Shown: positions 17,512 through 27,812 of the stretch, piece after piece
How positions within the stretch are numbered: the first letter of the stretch is position 1
Layout: each line of letters opens with the position of its first letter
Assembly: GCA_965219955.1 (NCBI GenBank)
Contig: OZ244799.1
Span: 736,001-800,000, forward strand
Source: a bacterium
GTDB taxonomy: Bacteria; UBA8248
Length of the DNA: 64,000 nt
Direction of reading: 5' to 3'
Position numbers and translations under genes: made by a program
Notes under the pieces: model-generated
What the model saw: only the letters and a program-made list of their open reading frames with translations
Database searches by the model: none
Told to the model about the DNA's origin: nothing

Positions 17512-18810
17512 TCATAAGCCGCCGGGAGTCGGCGGCGCAATGGTGGCGACGAAGCCGCCCTTCATGGTCCCCTTCACGTCGAAGATGCCGCCGACCGTGT
17601 TCGCGTTCGTCCCCGTACTCGCTACCTGGCTGCGGAAGGCGCCCGTGAGCGTACGTCCGGCGGAATCGTCCGAAAACTCGCCGCCGACGAGGGCCAGGCC
17701 CGTCCAGCTCTGGTTGGGATAGCGATGTGGGGGGAAGCCGCCGCTAGGCGGCTGCGGGTCCCGCCCGCTGGTGGCCCAGGCGCTCCGGAGGTCCGTGAGC
17801 GACACGTCCACCGTGGGGCTCTCGCCGAAATTGACGGTGACCGCAGCGTCGCCGCCGATTTCGTCGCCCCTTGTCAGGTAAGAATAGAATGCGCTGTCGA
17901 AAGCGATGACCTTGCCGGTCCAGGTGGCGCTCGTTTCGCTCCCCTGGGGAGCGGGCTGCACGGCGCTCCCGGGCGCCTGGAGATAAGCTTCGGTCAGGAA
18001 GAAATCCTCGACGGTGAAGCCGTAATAAGGGCCGTATTCGGCGGCGGCCAGGAGCCAGTTCAGCACTTCCACCTTGTCACTGCCGTTCTTCGTCGACTGC
18101 ACTTTCTTGGCCCGGACGTGGACCGCCAGATCTCCGTCGCCGGCGTCGGCCGGATAGGTCAGCCACGTATTGTGGATGTGGACACCACCGTAATACAAGG
18201 AGTCGTAAGCGAATTTCCCGCTCCCCCCGCTGACCGGGAGGGTCAGGGTCCTGAACTGGCGTTTTCTTCTCCTCCGGACCACCACGTGCGGCCCGTTGTT
18301 TTTGCTGGCGCTGTGCCCCCCCGGCTGATAGGCCTCCAGCCCCCATAACCCGAGTGTATTGATGTCGATCGTCTCGTCCGTCTCCGAGGGAAACGGGAGC
18401 GTGGACGGATCCGTCACTACATACCTGGAGGCGGCCGATCCCGGAGTTCCCTGTCCCGGGGACGAGGGGTTGTCGGAAATCGTCGGGGGTTTTTCTCCGG
18501 GACCCGTCGGGGGCGTTCCCCCGGGAATCGACGGCGTATTCCGGGCGACCGGAGCCGCTTTCTCGACAACCGGAGCCGGCGCGACCGCGGCGGCCGCCTG
18601 GATGGAGAGGGCCGATCCCCCGAGGACGGTCCCGGCGTTCGTCGCGCCCGCCCCCCCGCCCCCGCCGCCGCAGGCGGAGAGGAGCAGGGCCAGGCCCGCG
18701 GCGGCGGCAACCCCCGGCAGTCCACCGCGGCCGGGGCGGCCCCGGCGGACCGGTCCGGCGGGGAGAGAATGGAGGGAATCGCTCTTTTGCTGCTTGTGAG
18801 AGTCGCTCAT
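17512..18810 (-). CDS. Putative surface lipoprotein with C-terminal TbpB-like beta-barrel
   Basis: ATG 18810 after AAGGAGGA; lipobox LLLSAC-GGGGGG; Pro/Ala-rich linker; ATWTG...TLTGAF...TVGGIF...GGFVA C-terminus. Confidence 0.7.
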   Translation of the reverse strand: MSDSHKQQKSDSLHSLPAGPVRRGRPGRGGLPGVAAAAGLALLLSACGGGGGGAGATNAGTVLGGSALSIQAAAAVAPAPVVEKAAPVARNTPSIPGGTPPTGPGEKPPTISDNPSSPGQGTPGSAASRYVVTDPSTLPFPSETDETIDINTLGLWGLEAYQPGGHSASKNNGPHVVVRRRRKRQFRTLTLPVSGGSGKFAYDSLYYGGVHIHNTWLTYPADAGDGDLAVHVRAKKVQSTKNGSDKVEVLNWLLAAAEYGPYYGFTVEDFFLTEAYLQAPGSAVQPAPQGSETSATWTGKVIAFDSAFYSYLTRGDEIGGDAAVTVNFGESPTVDVSLTDLRSAWATSGRDPQPPSGGFPPHRYPNQSWTGLALVGGEFSDDSAGRTLTGAFRSQVASTGTNANTVGGIFDVKGTMKGGFVATIAPPTPGGL

Positions 18811-18999
18811 TTTATCCTCCTTGCTCATCAAGAAACCGGAAGAACAGGCGGCGCCCTGCGTTGTCGTTACTCTTGGCGACGTTTCTTCATGCGCGCCATT
18901 TTGTAATGAATAGTCAAATAAAAAGATAGCCGTAATTAAACGTATAGTCAAATACGGGCAAAACGACCCTCCGAGCCGTGTCGCCGGGGGAGGGGTGTC

Positions 19000-19140
19000 A
19001 TGGCCGGGGTTGCATGTCACCGTGGAGGTCAAGGCCGCTCGCGGGGGCAGGACGTTCATCGCCTTCGGCCCGCGGGTGATCGCCGAGGAGACCGGCCCCC
19101 GGATTCCGACTCCCGGCGCGATGGACGTGACCGGGTTGTG
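19000..19140 (+). pseudogene. Degenerate copy of the 3' end of the M24 gene (16870-17011)
   Basis: VEVKAARGGRTFIAFGPRVIAEETGPRIPTPGAMDVTGL aligns with VEIKAAHEDRIFIVFGPQVIVEENGPRVLTPEAMDVIEL. Confidence 0.85.
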
Positions 19141-19634
19141 GAGAGATTCGGGGAATTCACGGCGGGGTGAAGTTCTGTAGAGCCGGACGTCGCGAGTAAT
19201 TCTCGCTTCCTCTTGAGAAGTGCTGTAGGGACAGGTCGCGACCTGTCCCTAGCATTGTGCCGGATGATGCGGCTGAGAAAAGAGCGAGATACTGAAACTC
19301 CACTCCCCCCTTGGGGGTTAAACTCACCAGCATGGTCAAGCTCTCACAAGTCCGCAATTTCCCGCATTTGCGGTCAGGGGCTGGAGGAAGATTCCAGGTG
19401 TGGCGACGCGTCGTGTCGACCGGATCAGGGCCAGGTGAATTTCTGTAAAATACGATAAAATACGATAAAATTGGATAAATTCAGGGGGTATTTCTGAAAA
19501 TTTCCAGGCGTAAAATCGGCGGAAGCGATTTCACGCGCGAGACGCACCATGCCGCATCCCGGTCGTCTCACATGAACTGAAAATGCGGGGAAATGCGCTC
19601 CGGTGAAGGAAGAAAACAGATTAGATTGTCAATC

Positions 19635-20168
19635 CTATCTTTTTGTATTCATGTCCATTAGTCGTTTTTTGAGAGCAGGTAGAAAGCCGCCGAGTTCGAT
19701 GATCTCTCTCAGCGCATCGGGCAGCGGGCCGGACTCGCAGCGCACGCCGCGGCTCAGGTTCTCGACCTCCCCGGTCCGGAAATTGACGCGGAGCTCATCC
19801 CCGTCCTCAACAAACGCGCCTATGTCATTGAAAAACGGGAGACTGGGCAATCCCGCCGCGACGATCATCCGGTAGGTGAAATGCGGGACGCTCTCCGCGA
19901 TGAGGCCCAGCCCCAGGCCCGCCATGCCCAGCAGGCCGTATATGTGCGGATTCCCCTGGCCGAACCGCTTTCCCGCCACCACGACGTCGCCCGGTTTCGC
20001 GCGCTCGGGAAAATCGGGGATCAGGTTCGTGAAGACGTGCTTTTTCAAGTAGTTAGGGTCCGAGACGCGCACGCCCCCCACGAAGACTTTTGCGAATTCG
20101 AGGATGTCGTCATCCAGAGAGAGGTTGTCGCCGAATTTCCAGCAACGCCCCTGCATCGTCCAGTTCAA
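19635..20168 (-). CDS. Aconitase-family (LeuD/HacB-like) small subunit
   Basis: GRCWKFGDNLSLDDDI, PGDVVVAGKRFGQG and GELRVNFRTG-type swivel-domain pattern. Confidence 0.85.
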   Translation of the reverse strand: MNWTMQGRCWKFGDNLSLDDDILEFAKVFVGGVRVSDPNYLKKHVFTNLIPDFPERAKPGDVVVAGKRFGQGNPHIYGLLGMAGLGLGLIAESVPHFTYRMIVAAGLPSLPFFNDIGAFVEDGDELRVNFRTGEVENLSRGVRCESGPLPDALREIIELGGFLPALKKRLMDMNTKR

Positions 20169-20178
20169 GATGCGCTCC

Positions 20179-21438
20179 TCAAGCCAGGAAATCCCTGGGG
20201 TCTGTGATCTCGCCCCGCACCGCGGAGGCCGCCACCGTGGCCGCGCCGGCGAGGTAGATCCGGGCCTCCCGGCTCCCCATCCTCCCCACGTCGTTTCGCG
20301 TCACCGTGGCGATGCAGGTCTCCCCGTCCGCCAGGGGGCCTCCCCTGCCGATGGCGCAGGGGCCGCATCCCGGCGGGCCCACCATGGCGCCCGCCTCGCA
20401 GAAAACGTCCATCAATCCATCCTCGACGCAGCGGGCGAGCACCTCCCGGCTGCCGGGCGTCACGATCATCCTCACGCCGGGCGCCAGCTTTTTGCCGCGC
20501 AGAATCTCCGCCGCCTCGGCCATGTCCTCATACTGATCCGCTGCGCAAGATCCCAGATACGCCGCGTGAATCGGCACGCCTATGGCCTCACCGAGCGGGG
20601 CCACGTTCTCGGGTCTCGGCGGTAGCGCGACGACGGGTTCCATCTCGGAAAGATCGAACTCGTAGGTTTCGGCGAATTCGGCGTCAGGGTCGCTTCTCAT
20701 CGCCTCGAAGCCGCCGATGTTTCTCTCGCGCATCCCTGCCGCCACGACCTCATCGGCGGGAACGATGGCGCTTTTCGCCCCGATCTCTATCGGCAGGTTG
20801 CAGAGTTTGACCCGCGTGTCGACCCCCAGACGGGCGAGAGCATCCCCGGTGTACTCGAAGACGCGGTAATCGGCGGCGTCTGGGCCGATTTCGTGAATGA
20901 TGCGGGCGGCGGCGTCCCGGATTCCCACACCCGGCTGGAGTTTCCCGCTCAAGTCGATCCGAATTGTCTCGGGAACTTTCAGCCAGTGGCTGCCGGTGGC
21001 GAGCACGGCGGGGAACTCGAAGACGAGCGCGAGGCCGAGACAGCCCACCGCGCCGTAGTTCGTGACGTGAATGTCATACGCCAGGACGCATTCACCTGGC
21101 TTTACGATGCCGATTTCCATCGGGAACACATGGCCCTGACCGCGGCCCGGCCCGAAAAAATGTTTTATACCCCAGCGTTTGACGATCTCCCTTATCTTTT
21201 TGGCGCGGTTCGCGACGGCGACGGTCTGGGGGATCGTGTCGTGATCGAAGCAGACGAACACGCGCTCGGGGTTCCAGGGGCGCTCCACCCCGAGTTCGGT
21301 GAGCTGGCGGTCGGCTTCCACGACGTAGAGGTCGTGAATCGTCGCCAGATCGGCCTCCGGGTAGACGATGTCGCCTGCGCGCAACTCCTCCCGGCCCGAG
21401 GCTCTAGCCATGATTTTCTCCGTCAGGGTCATGCCCAT
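20179..21438 (-). CDS. Aconitase-family (LeuC/HacA-like) large subunit, divergent
   Basis: MGMTLTEKI, KVPETIR, YLGSC, CGPC and GRMGS. Confidence 0.9.
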   Translation of the reverse strand: MGMTLTEKIMARASGREELRAGDIVYPEADLATIHDLYVVEADRQLTELGVERPWNPERVFVCFDHDTIPQTVAVANRAKKIREIVKRWGIKHFFGPGRGQGHVFPMEIGIVKPGECVLAYDIHVTNYGAVGCLGLALVFEFPAVLATGSHWLKVPETIRIDLSGKLQPGVGIRDAAARIIHEIGPDAADYRVFEYTGDALARLGVDTRVKLCNLPIEIGAKSAIVPADEVVAAGMRERNIGGFEAMRSDPDAEFAETYEFDLSEMEPVVALPPRPENVAPLGEAIGVPIHAAYLGSCAADQYEDMAEAAEILRGKKLAPGVRMIVTPGSREVLARCVEDGLMDVFCEAGAMVGPPGCGPCAIGRGGPLADGETCIATVTRNDVGRMGSREARIYLAGAATVAASAVRGEITDPRDFLA

Positions 21439-21585
21439 GGCGCATCCTGTCTTTGATTGAGGGAACCGAGCCTAGCATCCTGGCCGAGCAAAGAGAAGAG
21501 GAATTTGATACACTGGACCTTTACGACCTCAGAAAAATACGTTGATACTGCTGAATAATGCGGATTTAAGGCTTGGAGGAAAATC

Positions 21586-23481
21586 ATGGGTTATGCAGAC
21601 GTTTACGGTCGCTCCCTCTCGGAGGCGGAAGCGTTCTGGGCGGAAGCGGCGGAGGATATCCACTGGTATAAAAAGTGGGACAAGGTGCTTGACGACTCGA
21701 ACCCGCCCTTTTACCGCTGGTTCACGGGAGGCGAGGTCAACACCTGCTACAACACGGTCGACAGGCACGTCGAGGAGGGACGCGGGGATCAACTCGCGCT
21801 GATATACGACACCCCCATCACGGGCGAACCCACCCGGAAGATTACTTTTAGGGAATTGCAGCACAAAGTGGCGCATTTCGCGGGCGCTCTCAAGGCTCAG
21901 GGGGTGGAAAAGGGCGACCGCGTCATCATCTACATGCCGATGGTGCCCGAAGCCGCCATCGCCATGCTGGCCTGCGCGCGCATCGGCGCGGTGCACTCGG
22001 TCGTTTTCGGCGGCTTCGCGCCCAATGAGTTGGCCACGCGAATCGAGGACGCGAAACCAAAGCTCATGATATCCGCCTCGTGCGGCGTCGAGCCCTCGGG
22101 CGTCATCGCCTACAAGCCCCTGCTCGATGAGGCGATCAATTTATCCAGCACGAAACCTGACAAGTGCATCATCCTGCAGCGCCCTCAGGTCGAGGCGGAA
22201 CTCATCGAGGGCAGAGACATCGAGTGGAGCGATTCGCTCGAAGGCGCAGAACCTGCGGACTGCGTCCCCCTCGCCGCCACGGACCCCCTGTATATCCTCT
22301 ATACTTCGGGCACGACGGGCGAGCCCAAGGGCGTGGTGCGGGACAACGGCGGCCACATGGTGGCGCTCAAGTGGTCGATGCGAAACGTGTACGACGTGTC
22401 GCCGGGTGAGGTGTTCTGGGCCGCGTCCGACGTCGGCTGGGTTGTGGGGCACTCTTATATCGTATACGCGCCGCTGGCTCACGGCTGCACGACCATCCTC
22501 TTCGAGGGCAAGCCCGTGGGCACGCCCGACGCAGGCGTTTTCTGGCGTATCATCTCCGAGCACGGGGTGGAGGTTTTCTTCACCGCGCCGACGGCGTTCC
22601 GCGCCATCAAGCGAGACGATCCGGACGCCGAACTCATGAAGAATTACGACCTCAGTCATTTCCGCATTCTTTTCCTGGCCGGGGAGCGCTCCGACCCCGA
22701 TACGATCCAGTGGGCCGAAGAGCATCTCAAGGTTCCCGTCATCGACCATTACTGGCAGACGGAGACCGGCTGGCCGATGCTGGCGAACCCCATGGGCATC
22801 GAGCATATGCCCGTAAAATACGGCTCTCCCTCGAAGTCGGTGCCAGGCTACGATTTCAAGGTGCTCGACAGCGAGTGCCGCGAACTGGGCGCGGGTGAGA
22901 TGGGCGCGCTGTGCGTCAAGCTTCCCCTGCCGCCCGGTTGTCTGCCGACCCTCTGGAACGCGGATGACCGCTACGTCGACTCCTACCTGAGCGAGTACCC
23001 GGGTTTCTACAAGACGGGCGACGCGGGATACATGGACGAGGAAGGCTACGTCTACGTGATGTCTAGGACGGACGACATCATCAACGTGGCGGGCCACAGG
23101 CTCTCCACGGGCGGTATGGAGGAGGTTTTATCGGCCCATCCCGACGTGGCGGAGTGCGCGGTCATCGGCGTGAAGGACCAGCTCAAGGGCCAGCTCCCGC
23201 TCGGTTTCCTGGTGCTCAAGGCCGGCGTCGATAAACAAGACGAAGATATCGTCAGCGAGGTGGTGCAGCTCGTTCGTCAGCAGATCGGCGCGGTCGCCTC
23301 CTTCCGTCAGGCGACGGTGGTGAAGCGCCTGCCCAAGACGCGCTCGGGCAAGATTCTGCGGGGGACGATGGCGTGCATCGCCGATGGCGAGGAATACAAG
23401 ATGCCCGCCACCATCGACGATCCGGCCATCCTGCCCGAGATCACGGAAGCGCTCGCCGGGCTGGGTTATCCCCCCGCTTAG
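21586..23481 (+). CDS. prpE: Propionyl-CoA synthetase (acyl-CoA synthetase)
   Basis: YILYTSGTTGEPKGVVRDNGGH, IDHYWQTETGW, INVAGHRLSTG and LPKTRSGKILR. Confidence 0.85.
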   Translation: MGYADVYGRSLSEAEAFWAEAAEDIHWYKKWDKVLDDSNPPFYRWFTGGEVNTCYNTVDRHVEEGRGDQLALIYDTPITGEPTRKITFRELQHKVAHFAGALKAQGVEKGDRVIIYMPMVPEAAIAMLACARIGAVHSVVFGGFAPNELATRIEDAKPKLMISASCGVEPSGVIAYKPLLDEAINLSSTKPDKCIILQRPQVEAELIEGRDIEWSDSLEGAEPADCVPLAATDPLYILYTSGTTGEPKGVVRDNGGHMVALKWSMRNVYDVSPGEVFWAASDVGWVVGHSYIVYAPLAHGCTTILFEGKPVGTPDAGVFWRIISEHGVEVFFTAPTAFRAIKRDDPDAELMKNYDLSHFRILFLAGERSDPDTIQWAEEHLKVPVIDHYWQTETGWPMLANPMGIEHMPVKYGSPSKSVPGYDFKVLDSECRELGAGEMGALCVKLPLPPGCLPTLWNADDRYVDSYLSEYPGFYKTGDAGYMDEEGYVYVMSRTDDIINVAGHRLSTGGMEEVLSAHPDVAECAVIGVKDQLKGQLPLGFLVLKAGVDKQDEDIVSEVVQLVRQQIGAVASFRQATVVKRLPKTRSGKILRGTMACIADGEEYKMPATIDDPAILPEITEALAGLGYPPA

Positions 23482-23699
23482 TCTGAACCGGAGGGGATTC
23501 CCGGCGCGTCAATTTCGCAAGCCGCTCTGATTATCGGGCCCTTTCTGCCGGGGGGCACGCGCCCGCCCGAGCGGCCAGGCGGAGTGGGTCTTGGATGATC
23601 CTCGGGTTTATGCGAGCAAGATGAGCCGGGGGCGAGCCCGAGGTCCACTTCGGCGGGTGCTTTTCATGGCAGCGCTAACGCCGTCGTTCCTTTTATGGG

Positions 23700-24602
23700 G
23701 TGGTTTTGCTCAAATCCTTGGACCCGAACCTCCTGTCGTTCATCGCGGCGTTTTTCGTCGCCATCTCCCAGGTATTCTATCGGAAAGCGCTGATCCACAT
23801 CGGACCTGCGATTGCGGCCATCGCGATGAACGTACTCTCCGCGTTGTTGGCGGGCGTGCTCTACTTCGCATGGGACGAGAGCGTTACATGGCACTTGAAG
23901 GGCGTCATGTGGTACATGCTCATCGGCCTGTTCGGGAGTTCTATCGGGCGCTACATGATTTTCGGCTCGATGCGCCTGATCGGCCTGGCGCGAACGCAGA
24001 TCATGGTGCAGTCGGTCCTGGTGTGGTCGGCGCTCATGGGGGTGTTCATACTGGGCGAGCGGTTCTCGGCGGGCGTAGCCGTCGGTACGCTGGCCATCTT
24101 GATCGGGGCGATTCTTCTCGTCTACAAGAGAGAGTCGTCCAAGAGAGAGTCCGGCGAGAAGGATGTTTCACTCCTTTACTTTCTCGTTCCGGTCATCGCT
24201 TCCTTCCTGTTTTCCCTGACGTTTGTCTTTAGAAAATACGCCCTCCTCCTGATACCTTCTGAATCTTTGGGGATTGCGATTTCCACCACCACTGCGTCGG
24301 TCCTGCTCCTTCTCGCCATGCCGTTTACGAAGGAAGAAGGAGGGATGAAAGGCTGGAGCCTCAGAGGACTTGTGACGATAGCCTGCGGGGTTGTCGCGAA
24401 TATAATAGCCGCCCTTTGCTTCTGGGCAGCGTTCAGGGAGGGGGAGGTGGTGCAGGTGATACCCATCAACCGCCTCTCCGTCTTGTGGGTCATCGTCTTC
24501 TCCTGGATGTTCTTGAAAAAGCAGGAGAGCGTCACGCTGCGCATCGTGATCGGCGGCGTCTTGTCCGTGGTGGGCGCGTTCGCGATTGCTTGGGGGAAAT
24601 AA
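23700..24602 (+). CDS. DMT/EamA-family transporter
   Basis: About 10 TM segments in two repeats; ILGER and FLKKQE motifs; start uncertain. Confidence 0.85.
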   Translation: MVLLKSLDPNLLSFIAAFFVAISQVFYRKALIHIGPAIAAIAMNVLSALLAGVLYFAWDESVTWHLKGVMWYMLIGLFGSSIGRYMIFGSMRLIGLARTQIMVQSVLVWSALMGVFILGERFSAGVAVGTLAILIGAILLVYKRESSKRESGEKDVSLLYFLVPVIASFLFSLTFVFRKYALLLIPSESLGIAISTTTASVLLLLAMPFTKEEGGMKGWSLRGLVTIACGVVANIIAALCFWAAFREGEVVQVIPINRLSVLWVIVFSWMFLKKQESVTLRIVIGGVLSVVGAFAIAWGK

Positions 24603-24634
24603 AAGGCAGTTTCAAGAAGCCGGGGTGGTCGGGC

Positions 24635-25243
24635 TTATTTCTCCACCCATTTCGCCGAGAAGGGCACCTCTCCACCGAGGACGATCCCGGCGTCCGAATC
24701 CGCCCAGTCGGCGTAGAAAAGAAGCGCAGCCTCATAGCTCTTCGAGCGTGTGTTGCTCGTGCGCGTGTGGGTGATGACCAGATGGGCCAGCTCGGTGGCC
24801 TTGGGCAGTCCTTTCTCCCAGATTTTGTGTGCCCCGTAGACGCCGTGCTGAATCTTCTCGCCGAACTCGGTGATTTTCCCGGGCGGCACGCTGGTGCCCG
24901 TAGGAGTCCCGCCGGGGTGGGGCGCGGATTCGAGCGGTTTCGAGATGTCGTGCAGGATGCACGAGGCGATGAGCAGGTCGCGGTCGACCTCGACGCCGTG
25001 GAGACTTTCGGCGATACCGGCCATGGCGAGCGCCATCTTCGTGACGCCCTGAATGTGGCCGATGAGCGTCATGTGTTTTTCTTCTTTGAGGTTTTTGGGA
25101 ATGTCCTCGAAACGCTCCCAGGCGGTCTCCTGAGCCAGGTCCAGCCAGATATCGACCACCCCGTCACGCAAGGCGGGGTCTTGGATTTGCGCTACTTCGG
25201 GGAAAAGTGCCCGAATCTCGTCCGCGTTCGTCTGAATCGCCAT
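24635..25243 (-). CDS. HD-domain metal-dependent phosphohydrolase
   Basis: LIGHIQGV...SCILHDISK...HGVYG...THT...ADWAD. Confidence 0.85.
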   Translation of the reverse strand: MAIQTNADEIRALFPEVAQIQDPALRDGVVDIWLDLAQETAWERFEDIPKNLKEEKHMTLIGHIQGVTKMALAMAGIAESLHGVEVDRDLLIASCILHDISKPLESAPHPGGTPTGTSVPPGKITEFGEKIQHGVYGAHKIWEKGLPKATELAHLVITHTRTSNTRSKSYEAALLFYADWADSDAGIVLGGEVPFSAKWVEK

Positions 25244-25267
25244 GTTCTTCGCTCCGCCCGGTCTTTC

Positions 25268-25582
25268 TTAAGCGTCCGGGACTTCGAGGCCGACGAGGGG
25301 CCCGAACTGCTGACCTCCATAGCAGTCGCCGTCTTCGAGATCGCACGAAAATACGGGACGGGGAATGGAGATTTTAATCGCGCGCGCGGCATCGTGGTGC
25401 ACGAGCAGCACCTTCTCCTCGGCCAGGTTGTAGAGGCGGCAGAACACCTCTTTGGTGAGGACGTTCGATGCGACCACGCGCCGGTAGGTTTCTTCCTCGT
25501 CGAACATGACGTCGAACGTGAGGTTGAACGGCCCTGCGTTTTTCGAGCGAATCAGTTTTGCGAGTTCGCCGAGCGCCGCCAT
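25268..25582 (-). CDS. DUF4387 family protein (AtuA-associated ferredoxin-like)
   Basis: IRSKNAGPFNLTFDVMF...DCYGGQQFGPL; start overlaps the upstream stop (TGATG). Confidence 0.85.
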   Translation of the reverse strand: MAALGELAKLIRSKNAGPFNLTFDVMFDEEETYRRVVASNVLTKEVFCRLYNLAEEKVLLVHHDAARAIKISIPRPVFSCDLEDGDCYGGQQFGPLVGLEVPDA

Positions 25583-27039
25583 CAGTTCGCCACCTCCATC
25601 GTCTCGGTCGGGAACATCTCGTAGGGGTCGTCCGGGTAGACGACGTGGTTCAGGTTGAACCGGTATACGGGGCCTTTTTCGAGTTCCGCCGGCGTGAAGG
25701 GAAACGCCAGCGTCGAAATGAGACCGCCCCACTCGGGGATGGGGTAGTGGAGCGCGAAATGAGCCAGCGTGGCCGCCATCGTGTTCGCGGATACCTGATC
25801 TTGCGCCGTCACCTCGAAGAGGACGCCCACTTCGTGCGGAATCCGGCCCGCCTCTGGTTCGAGCGTTCCCATCACGGCGTCGCGCCCGAAAACGCGGATG
25901 GTGAGCTGATAGGCGGGCGGTGATTCGCGGTCGGGGAAGATTTCCTGAACGCGCGTCTCGAAGCCCTCTCTGATACCGTCGAGCCAGGAGTCGAGTTGCT
26001 TGAGGATCATGGGGTCGCGCACCCCGCCGATGATCACCGACTGGTAGCCGACGAGTTTGGCCCCCTCGAGCTTGATGGAATAACGCTCCGCCGTATGAAA
26101 CTCGGAACCCCCCACGCGCACGGCGCGCTCACTCTCCGCCGAGTAGGCCGAGCGGGTCGTGTCGAGGACGCCCGCGGGCTCGGTGATGCGGTAAGGGTCC
26201 GTGTTCTCATACAGGGTATGCGAGGCCACGCTCTGCGGGGTGCAGTACATCTGCGGGTTGAGCGGCTCGACCACGAAGTGATCGTCGCGAATCCAGGCGA
26301 AACAGCCATCCGGCCGCGCGCGGTGCACGGCGCAGGCCGCGCCGCATTCGAGTATCTTGGCCGCATGCCAGGCGAGGCCGCGGTCGGCGCCCATCCGCAC
26401 GGGATGGCAGGCGAAGACGGAGGTGTCGGAAGCCCTGCCGGCCAGCACCACGTCCGCTCCCTCGTCGAGCGCCCTGGCGATGGGTTCATCCCCCATCATG
26501 CCAACGATGTGCGCGCTGTTCTCGATGATCTCCTCATCGAGCGGGGGCGCCGGGTCGAGCGCCTGGATGCGGCCCTCTTTGTATCTTTTCTTGAGATACG
26601 CCTTGTCCTGTTCGCCGCTGACCAGGGCGAGGTTGAAGCTCAATCCCTCCTCGCGGGCGATTTCGAGACAAATATCGCGGGCCCACTCCAGCCCAGCGTC
26701 GCCGCCCGCCGTGCCGCATGAACCCACGATCATGGGGACGCCCAGGCTGTCACGCCCCTGGAGCATGAGTTTCAGGTCGCGCTTGGTCGCCGAGCGGGAG
26801 AAGTTCGGTGTTCCCGCGCCGAGAAAGGCGGGCCCGTTGTCCGTCGAGCCCCCGTCGCAGGCGATGACGTGGGGCTTCATGGACAACCCGCGCTCGAAGG
26901 AGCTTTCGGGGAAGCCTGAGCCGATGACGCCGCAAGGAGAGAGTACGCGCGCTTCCAAGGTTTGTTTCACTCCATTCTGGTGAGGTTCGTGCGCATCCTG
27001 CGATGAAGACGCGTCACGAGGCGGCCCGGATGCAGCCAT
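25582..27039 (-). CDS. AtuA/DUF1446-family protein
   Basis: IACDGGSTDNGP, VVLAGRASD, WHAAKILECGA and SVASHTLYEN; true start possibly GTG 26970. Confidence 0.85.
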   Translation of the reverse strand: MAASGPPRDASSSQDAHEPHQNGVKQTLEARVLSPCGVIGSGFPESSFERGLSMKPHVIACDGGSTDNGPAFLGAGTPNFSRSATKRDLKLMLQGRDSLGVPMIVGSCGTAGGDAGLEWARDICLEIAREEGLSFNLALVSGEQDKAYLKKRYKEGRIQALDPAPPLDEEIIENSAHIVGMMGDEPIARALDEGADVVLAGRASDTSVFACHPVRMGADRGLAWHAAKILECGAACAVHRARPDGCFAWIRDDHFVVEPLNPQMYCTPQSVASHTLYENTDPYRITEPAGVLDTTRSAYSAESERAVRVGGSEFHTAERYSIKLEGAKLVGYQSVIIGGVRDPMILKQLDSWLDGIREGFETRVQEIFPDRESPPAYQLTIRVFGRDAVMGTLEPEAGRIPHEVGVLFEVTAQDQVSANTMAATLAHFALHYPIPEWGGLISTLAFPFTPAELEKGPVYRFNLNHVVYPDDPYEMFPTETMEVAN

Positions 27040-27110
27040 GTCGAATAGCGGCGCATCCTACACCGATTTTCTCGTGAGAGAAAGACAGAAGACGTATCCG
27101 GGTCGCGGCG

Positions 27111-27812
27111 CTACTCTCCTTCAAATTTTCGGCGCACCGCGAGGAGCGCGGCGAGGTTGCTCGTCATCACGGGCAGGCCGGGGTAGCGGGCCTGAATCTG
27201 GGGCAGGGCGTCGACCGCGGGCAGGTTCGTGCAGGAGATGAAAAGGCAATCCGCTTTCTTCAGGTTCTCCGGAGAAATTTTCTCTTCCGCGAACGCGAGG
27301 ATTTTATCCGCCCGCGTGTTGCCGATCTCGATGTTGTCCGTTATCCCCATGCCGTCTATGGAGAGGACCTCCCGCCCGTCTTCTTCCAGGGACTCGCGAA
27401 TGGGCCCGTTCAACTCGTCGATATAGGGCGTGAGCACCACGAGCTTCTTCGCGTTCATTTCGGCGAATTCACGCGCGAGCGCCGAGAGAATGGTGGCTGT
27501 CTCCGCACCTGTCTGCTCCTCGATTTGCGCTTTTATCTTCTGGTCGTGCGATTGCCCGAAGAGTGCGCCGCCCGACGTGCAGCCGAAGACGCAAAAATGC
27601 GGCTCCACCGTCTTGAGCATCCGGTTCGCCTCGGGCAGGGATTCTTCGAGCATTCGGATTTCGGCCTGTTTCGTCGTCTCGTCCAGGAACATGCGGGAGG
27701 TGGCGACGTAGACACCCTCGGGCAGGTTCTTGTGGAAATCCCGCTCCATCGTGGCGTTCGAAGAGGGAACGAGAAGGCCGACGCGGAACTGGGCTTTTTT
27801 TGTCGCGGTCAT
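27111..27812 (-). CDS. Asp/Glu racemase superfamily, maleate cis-trans isomerase-like protein
   Basis: VGLLVPSSNATMERD, FGCTSG, LTPY, FISCTNL and TSN. Confidence 0.85.
   Translation of the reverse strand: MTATKKAQFRVGLLVPSSNATMERDFHKNLPEGVYVATSRMFLDETTKQAEIRMLEESLPEANRMLKTVEPHFCVFGCTSGGALFGQSHDQKIKAQIEEQTGAETATILSALAREFAEMNAKKLVVLTPYIDELNGPIRESLEEDGREVLSIDGMGITDNIEIGNTRADKILAFAEEKISPENLKKADCLFISCTNLPAVDALPQIQARYPGLPVMTSNLAALLAVRRKFEGE

Noticed and set aside
19446-19481. TAAAATACGA short tandem repeat as iterons or an origin
   Set aside because: Only about three degenerate 10-bp units, with no rep or dnaA context.
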